64,000 nt of DNA from a virus, in IMG/VR virus record IMGVR_UViG_3300045988_131275, positions 64,001 to 128,000 of that record. One strand, 5' to 3'. Of the stretch, positions 51,478 to 61,980 are shown piece after piece (the first letter of the stretch is position 1; each line of letters opens with the position of its first letter). Below the pieces are notes generated by a model that was not told where the DNA came from, made no database searches, and saw only the letters and a list, made by a program, of their open reading frames with translations. The position numbers and the translations under genes were made by a program.

Positions 51478-52224
51478 TTATTTCTTCTCCCTGGTTATAC
51501 CTTTCGCATAATCTTCGAGATAAGATTTACTCAACCGCCTATATTTATATTTTGAGTTCATGATTGTATCAATCACTTTCATATATTTCTTGCTTTTAAA
51601 TCTTTCAATGTGGTATTGAAAGAGCTTTGCGCAATTTCTATTTCTCTTGCATATAGCTCGTTGGCGTTCATACCATTGCAACAAATAACTAATTCTGCTC
51701 ATTGCAACAGTACCTAATTTAGTATCTTCATCTCTTATAAAGTGCCTTACATCGAGAATCTTCAAGTCATATTCTTTGATAAGATATTCCATATTCTCAA
51801 TATAACATTCTCTATCAGAAACACATTCAATCACCATCTTAAAGAAATTTCCTATATCTACATGATTTACAGACATTTCTTTCTCTAAAGATGTTTCTCC
51901 ATGATATGTATAAGGATTGTCATACTTAGGATTTCTCTGATAATCCTCATAATAATCATCGAGTTCTGTTAGTACATCATTGATATCATCTGGTAATGAT
52001 TCTTCAATTTGCTTAACAGGTGTACTGATCTCAGGAATAAGCTGCACATTAAAGTGAAATTTCCGCATAGGTTTTGGAAGATTTCTAATAATGTTTCGTG
52101 CTTTATCTTCTGGAAATTTATCGGCAAGTACCTGACCGCACGTTTGTGGAGTACCATTTGAATCAAGTCGGATGTACTGTTTACCGTTAGTAATAAAACA
52201 TTCCAACTGTATCTCTCCTTTCAT
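51478..52224 (-). CDS. Hypothetical protein
   Basis: ORF in array. Confidence 0.6.
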   Translation of the reverse strand: MKGEIQLECFITNGKQYIRLDSNGTPQTCGQVLADKFPEDKARNIIRNLPKPMRKFHFNVQLIPEISTPVKQIEESLPDDINDVLTELDDYYEDYQRNPKYDNPYTYHGETSLEKEMSVNHVDIGNFFKMVIECVSDRECYIENMEYLIKEYDLKILDVRHFIRDEDTKLGTVAMSRISYLLQWYERQRAICKRNRNCAKLFQYHIERFKSKKYMKVIDTIMNSKYKYRRLSKSYLEDYAKGITREKK

Positions 52225-52235
52225 TTTTCTTTTAA

Positions 52236-52308
52236 TGGAAACTATAGGACTTGAACCTATACCCTACAGTTCTAAGACCGTCACTCTCCCAAATTGAGCT
52301 AAGTTTCC
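52236..52308 (-). tRNA. tRNA-like gene with atypical anticodon loop (CTTAGA); identity undetermined
   Basis: 7-bp acceptor GGAAACT/AGTTTCC, D arm GCTC-AATTTGGGA-GAGT, anticodon stem ACGGT/ACTGT with 6-nt loop CTTAGA, variable AGGGT, T arm ATAGG-TTCAAGT-CCTAT, discriminator A, no encoded CCA. Confidence 0.75.
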
Positions 52309-52331
52309 AAAAAATGCGTACAAAAACAACG

Positions 52332-52349
52332 ATGAAAGCCGACTTTCAT
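52332..52349 (-). repeat. Mini-hairpin, dispersed family (ATGAAAG-CCGA-CTTTCAT)
   Basis: 7-bp perfect stem upstream of the tRNA-like gene in transcription direction. Confidence 0.65.
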
Positions 52350-52918
52350 TTGTGATATTTCTCTATATTTAGTTGTAATTAATTGGAATAATCGCAGAAA
52401 CGCTATGATTAATAAAGATTTTGCTTGACATTTTTTGCCAAGAGTTCTAAACTAATTATAACATATTAGATTATTCCAGTAATCTTCTATGTTGTGTTGT
52501 TTGTAAGGTTCTTATCTCATATGGTGTTCCCGCACCGAGATAAGATCCTTACTTTTTTATTATCTTGTGAAGATGTTCATATCATATACCAAACATTTGT
52601 TCGTGTCAATACTTTCCAGAACATTTGTTTGTATTTTTTGATTTTATATTTTCATATGTCCCTTCTCAGCAAATAATATCGTTTTCTCCTTATTTTTATC
52701 TTGTGTTTTTAATGTGGACATTATAAAGTTTCTATTATACGTGATCGGAAGCCCAGTTGTAATAGCTTTAATTCCACAAGTAATACTAATTGGAATAGCT
52801 TCACAATCAGGAGATCTTGTATCTAAATCAAATGAGGAAAATAACACATTCTCTCCACCGTTTTTCTTATACTCAGTTAATAACCTTATCGCTTCATCTA
52901 CGGACACAATTCTTCCAC

Positions 52919-53308
52919 TCATGCTAATTCCTCCACTCTGATTTTCTTTTTACCATATAAGTTTGCAAGGAAACATTTTTCTACTAAAAGTCTATCCTCT
53001 TCATTGTCAATATTTCCCCATTTTTCAACTACATCACGCTTATCAATAGTAAAAATTTGTTCCCCTAAAACCATTGAGTCACATTTTAAACCATTAGATT
53101 TACTAGCTTTAATTACTTCGTGAGTGGGCTGCTCAACCTTTTTGATTTTACTGGTTAAGCACATGACAATCAAAGTAGGAGCAAACTTATTTCCAGAATC
53201 ATTCTGAATTATAACAACAGGTCTTTCGATCTGCTGAACGTGTGATTTAGCTGATGTATTAACATTTGTTTTGACATAAAGAATATCAAATATATTAAAC
53301 TCCATCAT
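52919..53308 (-). CDS. PemK/MazF-family toxin-like protein
   Basis: IERPVVIIQNDSGNKFAPTLIVMCLTSKIKK...DSMVLGEQIFTIDKRDV. Confidence 0.75.
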   Translation of the reverse strand: MMEFNIFDILYVKTNVNTSAKSHVQQIERPVVIIQNDSGNKFAPTLIVMCLTSKIKKVEQPTHEVIKASKSNGLKCDSMVLGEQIFTIDKRDVVEKWGNIDNEEDRLLVEKCFLANLYGKKKIRVEELA

Positions 53309-53373
53309 ATCGTGTGTGCAGCTCCTTTCTTTATCTTATGTACCCTATTATATTACTCTTTACAATAACTGTC

Positions 53374-53396
53374 AAGAATTATTTTAAAGAATTATT
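53374..53396 (+). promoter_or_regulatory. Direct repeat AAGAATTATT x2, candidate operator in divergent MazF/XRE intergenic region
   Basis: Copies at 53374-53383 and 53387-53396, 13-bp period, upstream of XRE gene with GGAGG SD. Confidence 0.4.
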
Positions 53397-53448
53397 GTTA
53401 AAAATAACTTTTTATGATATACTTTTAAACATAACGGAGGTGTAATAT

Positions 53449-53865
53449 ATGCTGAAATTAGATGTTAAAAAATATGTTGATAAACAGTTTGATAACCTGA
53501 ATCAATTTGCTAAAGCTACAGGATTAAACTATCAAGCTGCTCAAAAAATTTACAATGGCGAAACAACCAGAATTACATTTGACAATCTTGAATCTATATG
53601 TAAAACTTTAAAGGTTACGCCAAATGACATCTTTACATTTGAAGATGTTAAGTCTCCAACAAAAAATGAAGCAAATGATACTTCTATGCCATCCATATCT
53701 AAAAATATTTTACATTCAATACAAATAAATCCAAAGAATATAAAAACAGATGGCGATTCTGATAAACTTCTTATAGAACTTATACAACAAATTGTTGATA
53801 ATTCTATAGAGGAGCAATTAAAACAATATTCCATTAATGTTAAAAGTAAAAGCGATGACAAATAG
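53449..53865 (+). CDS. XRE/Cro-C1-type HTH regulator
   Basis: NLNQFAKATGLNYQAAQKIYNGETTRITFDNLESICKTLKVTPNDIFTFE; one of few plausible plus-strand genes. Confidence 0.85.
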   Translation: MLKLDVKKYVDKQFDNLNQFAKATGLNYQAAQKIYNGETTRITFDNLESICKTLKVTPNDIFTFEDVKSPTKNEANDTSMPSISKNILHSIQINPKNIKTDGDSDKLLIELIQQIVDNSIEEQLKQYSINVKSKSDDK

Positions 53866-53905
53866 TCATCGCCTACATAGTTATTGCTTAAAAGCAACCT
53901 TTCAT

Positions 53906-54175
53906 CTAATCTTTTTCTTCTACATCATAACCATATAAATCCTTTAACATATCCATTTCTTCAAATGAACTTAGAACTTCTTTGCCACCTTTATAAAAAT
54001 ATTTCTCAACAGCAACATCATTTCCATTTTGTAATACTGAAAAGACGTATTCAATTTCACCGTTCTTCATATACACATATCGTTTTAAATCAGCATCGTT
54101 AATATATTTAATTTCTTCTTTTGTTGCTTTCGATACGTCCTTAAACATAATATCTTTTAATCTCATATAGACCAC
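53906..54175 (-). CDS. Hypothetical protein
   Basis: ORF in array. Confidence 0.55.
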   Translation of the reverse strand: MVYMRLKDIMFKDVSKATKEEIKYINDADLKRYVYMKNGEIEYVFSVLQNGNDVAVEKYFYKGGKEVLSSFEEMDMLKDLYGYDVEEKD

Positions 54176-54205
54176 CTCACTTGAAAGCTGGATTTCAGCG
54201 TTGTA

Positions 54206-54598
54206 TTATTCAATTCTAATTTCCGTCACACTACCATGCATTTCGTCATATAACTGAGAAGCAATAGTTTCTAAGTCATCAAAATAATAATCCCATAAAT
54301 CACATTGGAATCCATCTGGTGTGTCATTAATATAATATGTCGTGTCTAAATCCGTATCAATTGCCACAACAATACTATCGAATCCACGTTTCTCTGCATC
54401 TACATACGCAGATGTAACTTGTTCTAAAAACTCGTCCTGATCCATAGGTTCATCAAGTAAATCATATCCCACACTAATATTTCTATTTGCATACTCATCT
54501 GCAAATTTTTCTAAATCTTCTTCTGTTTTTACCCATTCTGGAACTGTAATAATATCTCCACCGCTTAATCCTACCCATACTTTTATTTTCTTAACCAT
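54206..54598 (-). CDS. Hypothetical protein (start placed at MVKKIKVWVG)
   Basis: Hairpin and GGAGG SD directly upstream of ATG at 54598, inside the longer predicted ORF 54206-54643. Confidence 0.6.
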   Translation of the reverse strand: MVKKIKVWVGLSGGDIITVPEWVKTEEDLEKFADEYANRNISVGYDLLDEPMDQDEFLEQVTSAYVDAEKRGFDSIVVAIDTDLDTTYYINDTPDGFQCDLWDYYFDDLETIASQLYDEMHGSVTEIRIE

Positions 54599-54629
54599 TT
54601 TTATACCTCCATGAAAGTCGAATTTCAAC

Positions 54630-55046
54630 TTAGTAAAATCCACTTTCTGATAATTTTTTATTATTTATCTCTTCTAAAAATTCATCATTTCTAATCTTTG
54701 CCATATCTACTCTTATTTTTGCTTCTGATATTCGTTCACGAATACTCCAAGTATAATAAGATGAAATTTCACAATCGTCCAATATTTTACAAAGATTTGC
54801 TAATTCATAAGATATATTTGATAATTGCGTATCTAAAATATTATTAATATCAAATAGTTTTGTCTGTTGAGTATTACTTATATTCATAAAATCACTTCCA
54901 TTCCATAAAATCAGTCTTTCATTCCAACTTTTTGCTTCACTCCTTATTATACTTCTCCGCACATTCTCTACAATAGAACTGATCTTCTTTACTGACATAA
55001 TAGCCATCCTCATAACTTCCTTTAACACATCGGATTTCGTCATCAT
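54630..55046 (-). CDS. Hypothetical protein
   Basis: ORF in array. Confidence 0.5.
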   Translation of the reverse strand: MMTKSDVLKEVMRMAIMSVKKISSIVENVRRSIIRSEAKSWNERLILWNGSDFMNISNTQQTKLFDINNILDTQLSNISYELANLCKILDDCEISSYYTWSIRERISEAKIRVDMAKIRNDEFLEEINNKKLSESGFY

Positions 55047-55105
55047 TTCCTTTTTCTTCTGTAAGAATGAATTTACCGCATTTACAACAATAAATATCGT
55101 TAATA

Positions 55106-55525
55106 TCAGGCATTATTTATTCCTCCAGTTTCAATGTTATTCTTTTCATCACAATACTTTTTTGCATCATCATATGTTTCAAACAAATGAATTTCATCTG
55201 ATAATTCTTTAACTCTACCGTAATATGAATCGAATCCTATTAATTTATAGGAAATAATTGGATTATTATTTTCATTGACTGTAATTTTAATAGCAACAAT
55301 CTTCCAGTTGATATTATGCACATCATAATAATTCACGGTTTTTTCGTTAAATCTTAGACCTTTTCCACCACATTTGGGACACTGACATCTTTCTTGTTTA
55401 TAAATAAAGAATCCATTACCTTCACAAAATGTACATGGTGTATAATTTGCTATTGTCTTTCTACGTTTATACACAAGACGTACTTCCTGTCCTACTTTAA
55501 ACTTTGTGTTAATATGTAAATCCAT
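55106..55525 (-). CDS. Hypothetical protein with DnaJ-like Zn-finger Cys pairs
   Basis: CTFCEGNGFFIYKQERCQCPKCGGKGL. Confidence 0.65.
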   Translation of the reverse strand: MDLHINTKFKVGQEVRLVYKRRKTIANYTPCTFCEGNGFFIYKQERCQCPKCGGKGLRFNEKTVNYYDVHNINWKIVAIKITVNENNNPIISYKLIGFDSYYGRVKELSDEIHLFETYDDAKKYCDEKNNIETGGINNA

Positions 55526-55749
55526 AATTTTCCCTCTATTCTTTCTTCTTCAAAATCTTAGTCACTTCTCCAACACTTATGCAGAATCTTTTAGCAATAT
55601 CTTTCTTGTCTCCACTTCTATTATAAGCATTCACAATATCATCGTATGTAAATTCTTTCTCTACTGGTAGATTCATAAAGCTATCCATAATCTATATTCC
55701 TCCGTATTCTTGCTATAATATACTTCTCTGTTGATCTCATATAATACCT

Positions 55750-56574
55750 CTATTCTATCATATCTGGATCATCTTGTGGACATAAATAATCTTCTGGTGT
55801 TTCTTCTTCATTCGAGAAAATGCACATTCTTTCCTGGTTTTTAAATATTTCTTCATCAGTGATACAAATATATCTTAAAGTAATACGCATATCAGAATGT
55901 CCGAAAATTGTCATAAGCTGTATAAGAGCCTGTTGTTTGTCTGGTGCTGCTAAATAATAACTATGTCCAAAAGTCTTACGAAGTCCATGAGTACCAATAG
56001 ACTGTTTAATACCTGCTTTTATTCTATTCCTCTCAACAGTTCTGTACCATGTCATTTCTCCAATATGTTCACCTTTATTAGAAGAAAAGATATAATCAGT
56101 CAACTCAGGTGTTTCATTATGATCTTCTAACCACTTATGCCAATTCTGAATTGCCATTTTAAAATCACTGTCGTATCTTAATTTAACATATTTTCTTTTA
56201 ATTACATTTCCACACCTATCTCTACGCTCTGTTTTTTCTGGAACAAACTTCTGTGACTTTTTAATTTTCCATCCATCTTCATATACATCTTTCCATGTGA
56301 ATTTACAAAAATCCCCACCACGTAATCCAATATTAATTGCACATATGAACATTGTGAGATTTCGCATAGCATTCTTTTCTTTATTAACAGTAGTTGCACT
56401 ATCAACATCTGCTTTAAATACATTGTATACAGATAAAATTTCATCCTTAGTATACAAGCATTCCATCTCTGTTGACTTTCCACGCCGTAATGTTTTCTGT
56501 TTTGGAAAGTTATATATCGTTGCTTTCTGTTTCTGACTAATATAATATGGCTGTTGAACTGCTAAAGCTTGCAT
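55750..56574 (-). CDS. Tyrosine recombinase/integrase
   Basis: NIGLRGGDFCKFTWKDV, GTHGLRKTFGHSYY, LMTIFGHSDMRITLRYI. Confidence 0.88.
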   Translation of the reverse strand: MQALAVQQPYYISQKQKATIYNFPKQKTLRRGKSTEMECLYTKDEILSVYNVFKADVDSATTVNKEKNAMRNLTMFICAINIGLRGGDFCKFTWKDVYEDGWKIKKSQKFVPEKTERRDRCGNVIKRKYVKLRYDSDFKMAIQNWHKWLEDHNETPELTDYIFSSNKGEHIGEMTWYRTVERNRIKAGIKQSIGTHGLRKTFGHSYYLAAPDKQQALIQLMTIFGHSDMRITLRYICITDEEIFKNQERMCIFSNEEETPEDYLCPQDDPDMIE

Positions 56575-56863
56575 AATTCCACCTCCTAATATACATCATT
56601 CTTCCGTATCTTCTCTAATTTCTCTTTCTTTTGATTAAGATGTCGCACTCTTGCCCTTGGTTTATACTTGTCACATCTCTGACAATAATGCCAATGGTTT
56701 GCATCTCTGCCTTTCTTGCATTCACCCATACAGATATAGTACAGGCATGGTGTCTCTCTATCTTTTGCCATATTGGTTTCCTCCGTATATTTTTATAACT
56801 GCTTCTTTTGTCAAGAGAAGCATAGAACTTGCTTAACGCATATACAGCGTTAATAATATGTAT

Positions 56864-57772
56864 TTAACTTACCATTGGTGTCTGTCCTACCATTTCAGTA
56901 GGTGATTTATCGTATGATTCACATAATGCAGCGAATGTTTTAAGAACTTTACTCCATTCATCTTCCTTAATCCATTGAAGATATGGAGATTTACCACGTT
57001 GTTTTAACGCAATTCCGTATTTGTACTGCAAGTTTCTATATAGCTCATTCCACATATCAGGGTAGCGATTATGTGTCACAAGAGCAAGTTTTCTAATTCC
57101 TGCATTAAGAACACTTCTGTCTTTCCATTCAAGAATATCACCTGCAAGGGCTTTATTATCTTTCTCCAACTTGTCAATATGCCGATTCTTAAATGCAATT
57201 AATTTTGATGTTGCTACCGCCGCTGCACTCGGATCACCACTTGATATTGCCATCCCAACTTCTAACATAAGTTTCTGTTCTTCTGTAATATCAATAATTT
57301 TGGTTTCGGATGAGGTCTTTTCTTCTATATTAAGAAGTTGTGTTCTGACTTCTTTTGCTACATCAGATTGTTGTAATAACATTCCGATTCTTAAAACAGC
57401 TCTTCTACTAAACGCTTTAAGCCCACGATTATTAATTGTGATGATTTGTCCATCCTCAAAAGTATATGTAACGGAAGTTTGTTTCTTTTCAACGGAAGTA
57501 ATATTTAGTTTACTTCCGTCATAATAGCTTCTTGGGAACATCTCAACGCCATCTAAATCAATTTCACCTTTATTATTAGAATATAAAATCTTTATATATT
57601 CCGGTGTTACTTCATAATAATCTGCAACTTGATCAATAGACATCATATTTGTTCCAGGTAAAAGCAATAATTGTTTTACCTTTTCAAGAACTTCATAATG
57701 ATTAACGCACTTATCTCTAAGTGTTCTATCGTTACATAGTGGGCTTTCATCTTGATTTTTAATTCTACTCAT
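56864..57772 (-). CDS. Phage antirepressor-like / regulatory protein
   Basis: MMSIDQVADYYEVTPEYIKILYSNNKGEI N-terminal module, long C-terminal domain. Confidence 0.55.
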   Translation of the reverse strand: MSRIKNQDESPLCNDRTLRDKCVNHYEVLEKVKQLLLLPGTNMMSIDQVADYYEVTPEYIKILYSNNKGEIDLDGVEMFPRSYYDGSKLNITSVEKKQTSVTYTFEDGQIITINNRGLKAFSRRAVLRIGMLLQQSDVAKEVRTQLLNIEEKTSSETKIIDITEEQKLMLEVGMAISSGDPSAAAVATSKLIAFKNRHIDKLEKDNKALAGDILEWKDRSVLNAGIRKLALVTHNRYPDMWNELYRNLQYKYGIALKQRGKSPYLQWIKEDEWSKVLKTFAALCESYDKSPTEMVGQTPMVS

Positions 57773-57976
57773 ATTAAAATCCTTTCGTATGTAAAATTGT
57801 TAATAGTTACTTCTAAACAGTATTTCTCCATTTAGTTTGTAAATATTTGCAATCACATAAGCGATCATTTCAATATTTAGTTATCAAGGTACAATTTATG
57901 TATGGAAAATATGACTTGAAATAGTCCTAGGAATGTAATATAATGAAAAAGACTAGAACTTTGGTTCAAGTTGTTG

Positions 57977-58017
57977 TAGTGTAGGTTGTCGCTTTGGTCG
58001 GTTGAGAACCTACACTA
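57977..58017 (+). terminator. Hairpin TAGTGTAGGTT...AACCTACACTA (11-bp perfect stem) followed by T-rich TTTATTTT
   Basis: Perfect inverted repeat 57977-57987 / 58007-58017. Confidence 0.45.
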
Positions 58018-58019
58018 TT

Positions 58020-58244
58020 TTATTTTCCACTATGGAAATACTTCATTTCCAGTTTAAAATCTTCATTAATATAACCTTGCATAAATCGTTCCAATACTAT
58101 ATTAATTGGAAGTTTTTCTGTTTTGCATTTTTCTTTAAACTGTTCAAGTATTTCTGCATCAATGGAAGTATTAAAAGCCTTCTTCATAATGCTTACCTCC
58201 TTTGATATTGTCATTATACATCTATATGTTGTTATTGTCAACAT
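58020..58244 (-). CDS. Small ribbon-helix-helix-like protein (likely start MKKAFNTSIDAEI)
   Basis: AFNTSIDAEILEQFKEKCKTEKLPINIVLERFMQGYI. Confidence 0.55.
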   Translation of the reverse strand: MLTITTYRCIMTISKEVSIMKKAFNTSIDAEILEQFKEKCKTEKLPINIVLERFMQGYINEDFKLEMKYFHSGK

Positions 58245-60205
58245 ATTTATTTGATTTTACAACAAAAAATACCACTAAATTTTTATTTTTAGTGGTATTT
58301 TTCCGATGAAATGTCTGATTTATCGGTTTAAAATTCTTTCAATATCATCAACAGTATATCTTATAGAATCCATTAAATCACGCACATACTCTTCACCTCT
58401 TTTAGAATCGTATCCTAATCTAAGTAATTCAGATATTGCATTTATGATCTTATTATCAATTTCATTTCCTTTATTTAATAATAATTTTATAACTTCATTA
58501 GTTGACATTTTATTTTCACTCATCTTATCACCTCTTAAAATTTAAAATAAATTGAAAATCTTTATCATTAATATCTACCTGAATCAATTCTCCGTTATCA
58601 TCCATGATGTCAACCATAGGAGTTTCATATCTTACATAAACTTTTGTACATTCATATTCTTTTCCTTTTGTAAAATGTTCATCTGTTTTTCTACAAATAT
58701 CCTTATTATTCATCTTATACCTCCTATGAAAACAATCTTTCATTTTATTCTCTAATTGTTTTGTAATAACTTCCAAACCAGACATGCACCGGAGGATTTT
58801 TAGCTCCTGGCATTAAAGAACCACTTATCATTTCCATAACTTGACCAGAATCATTCCAACCATCTGATTCCATTTCTTTTTTATGTTCCATCTTTTCTTT
58901 TTCTGAATCATAATAATACTGTTCTATAAACTCTGTATATTTATCTATGCAGTTATTTCCGTCCCATACAAATTTTGTTGTATTATTTTTCATTTTAATT
59001 CTTTTCACGTAATCAGCTCCATTCTATATTAAAAACAACTTAATCTCACAATATTATCCATAAATTTCTTCCATAGTATTCTCTTCTTATATGAGAAATA
59101 TCATTATCAATTTTCGATAATTCAATTTTTTCAAAACTTACATTCTTGCAACTATTTATAGTTCTGTTGCCAAATCTATTTTTGGTACATTCAATTCCGT
59201 TTGTTGATTCTTCATACGTCATATAGATCACATCCTTTACAATGAAAGCAATTTTTCAACCTCGTTTTGTTTTATACTTTGCGTATTTCGACTCTCCATT
59301 GCATCCTTTATATAATTTCCGTAAAGCAGATCCCAACCCATCTTCCATATCTTTGTCTACTTGTTCATATGTTTCAGATGCTTCACCTAAAATTTCTACT
59401 GCATCAAATACATAATCTCTAACCTGTTGTAATTCTTTATCCGTAAAATAAATACTTCTTCCCATTATATATCCTCTCTGAAACCGTCATTTTATAGAAA
59501 ATGGGTGATATTTCTATCACCCTTAACTTGTTCTTCCACGTATAAACCCTTGTACAAAATATAATCTAGCTGTTCTACAATCTTCCTCATTCCCGTCAAC
59601 CAGAACTTCTCCAATAGAACTGGCATTTGACTCATATTGTAAAGCTAAATCTAATATACTTTGTAATGTATCACTTTGCTTTTTCGCTTCTGACAAATTT
59701 AATATTTCTTGCATTTTATATTTTAAAATCGTTTTCTTTTTTGCTAACTTTCCAAGTTCTTCGCCCTGTTTAAAACAATACCACTTATTCACATCCATCT
59801 TGTAACGCTCCCATCGTTTTATTATATAAATCATCACTATAATTATTTAATAATTCTTCGGCGGTTTTCTGCCATTGATATTCTTCTTCTGTTAATTGAT
59901 TTAGAATTTCCTCATCAGGAATAGAATATTTTTCAAATGCAGCAACTTTACTACAGAATATTCTATGATGATCTTTTACAAGATAAGTGTCAATGCCATA
60001 AATACAGTTATTAACAGTTGTAAGTTTATAGCCCATACTTTCTGCATACTTTAATGTACTTTCTAACATAATGTAATCCTCCTTATTTTTATGTTCCAAT
60101 ATGGTTCTACTTTAAATAATGTAAAATTTTATAATACTTTTTACATTCCAATATGGGACTACTAAACTTTACTATATTATATCACATATAAAAGTGACTT
60201 GAAAG

Positions 60206-60565
60206 TTAAATTTCATCTACAATTTTCTTTCCACAAATCGGACAATAACCAATCTTTATCTTTTTGCTAAATGCATCTTCTCCGAAATCATAACCACAAC
60301 AAGATGTTACTCCATCTTCAACTGTTGTAGTATCTTTCATATCTAAATTACGTTTATAATTTTTATAAACTCTATCCCATAAAGATTTCAAATAGTTTTC
60401 TGCATCGACTTTCGCTTCATCAATATTTGACGATTTCATTTTTACTTTTAATCCTGTTGCCGAATCTGTTAATTGAAAATCTTTATATCTTAATACTGCA
60501 ACATTTTCACTAATTCCATTAATAAATAAAGCACTATTTTCTTCATAATCTTTCCATCTAAACAT
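60206..60565 (-). CDS. Hypothetical Zn-finger protein
   Basis: CCGYDFGEDAFSKKIKIGYCPICGKK. Confidence 0.6.
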   Translation of the reverse strand: MFRWKDYEENSALFINGISENVAVLRYKDFQLTDSATGLKVKMKSSNIDEAKVDAENYLKSLWDRVYKNYKRNLDMKDTTTVEDGVTSCCGYDFGEDAFSKKIKIGYCPICGKKIVDEI

Positions 60566-60637
60566 AATATTTCCTCTATCTTGAAACTATTCTTCTATCG
60601 TATCATTTATAAATACGTTCATAGTAAATCATGTAAC

Positions 60638-61690
60638 TTACGCTACATTTATAACTATAGGCGTTAGAATAGCCTCTATCCCATATCGACTAATCGCATT
60701 TGGAAATGCTTTCTTCATAATCTGAAATGATCCATTTACATCGCTATTAATTAACAATCCAGAATTACTTTTGAATAAGCCTCTTTGAATACGTCTATTC
60801 TTATTATAATTCTCTTTAATTGGATTTTCTTCATCTAAGAAACTCGTTCCAGATGTATAACCTTCTTCTTGTTCAATATAATTAATTCCAACATTTTCAC
60901 ACTTATATTTAAGTTGTCGTAATAATATTTGGTATGGAATCATTATAAAATTCTGATTAGATTTTTTACTCATTATGGATTCTTGTTTCCATTTGTCATT
61001 TTTTCCAACAATTAATGTATCTATATTATTTTCAATACACCAATTTATAATATAATGACTTGTATTGTGCATATAATTCTTAATTCTTTGAAATCTCTTA
61101 AAAGTAATTATATCTAATTTCTTTGACCAATCTTTATTGTGCCGTATCTTCAATAATGATTTCTCTTTCGCAAGTCTCTTATTATAATACTGATTTATGC
61201 TTTTGACTCCCTTGCCGTTAATAATAATTGGATTTGATCCGATATTATTTGTCATAGTTACAAGATTATTTACGCCTAAATCAATAGCTACTATATTTTT
61301 TGATTCTTTATTTATATCGGGAATTTCTATTTCATAGACAATTTCCATTACATAACAAGAGCCTTTTGGAATAAATCTAACTTGAATTATTCTACCTAAA
61401 CAACGACATTTCCATTCATAATCATTTACTAAACGATTACTTATATGAATCGTCCCCTTTTCATAATTATAATGAAGTTGATTATTTGGAATCATCCAAA
61501 GGAATCTCCCATCTTTTTTAAGATATTTAGGTAATTTTGGTATACCTAGATATTTAGATGGATTCCTCTTCCAATCTTTAATTGCCACAAAATAAGACTT
61601 CCAATTTTTATCTAACAACCTCAATGTGCAATTTGCTGGTTGACTAAATGTAAGTTTATAATTTTCATGTGTTTTAAATTCTTTATTCAT
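60638..61690 (-). CDS. TnpB-like (IS200/IS605-associated) RuvC-like protein; homology continues upstream to about 61840 without an in-frame start
   Basis: NIVAIDLGVNNLVTM, EQEEGYTSGTSFLDEE, RRIQRGLFKSNSGLLINSDVNGSFQIMKKA. Confidence 0.85.
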   Translation of the reverse strand: MNKEFKTHENYKLTFSQPANCTLRLLDKNWKSYFVAIKDWKRNPSKYLGIPKLPKYLKKDGRFLWMIPNNQLHYNYEKGTIHISNRLVNDYEWKCRCLGRIIQVRFIPKGSCYVMEIVYEIEIPDINKESKNIVAIDLGVNNLVTMTNNIGSNPIIINGKGVKSINQYYNKRLAKEKSLLKIRHNKDWSKKLDIITFKRFQRIKNYMHNTSHYIINWCIENNIDTLIVGKNDKWKQESIMSKKSNQNFIMIPYQILLRQLKYKCENVGINYIEQEEGYTSGTSFLDEENPIKENYNKNRRIQRGLFKSNSGLLINSDVNGSFQIMKKAFPNAISRYGIEAILTPIVINVA

Positions 61691-61980
61691 ATCATAGTAA
61701 CTTATATATTTGTTATTATTTATAAATTCCTGTCGTAATACATAGTTTGCTTCGTTATATAAATTCTTGGAATGAAAACACTGTTGATCTATAACTTTAA
61801 ATTTAGGATGATTCCTTTTAATTATTATTTGTTCACATCTTTGTATTTTTATATTTTATGCACATCCTTTCGTGTAAAATTATATTACCACCTTATAAAT
61901 CTAGTAACGCAGCTATAATTACCACTACAAATCCAAAACAAGCAATACATCCTAATGTATATACATATCCCATTCTCCTT

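Noticed and set aside
57171-57524. Plus-strand 117-aa ORF
   Set aside because: Fully antisense to the 56864-57772 minus gene; composition looks like antisense noise.
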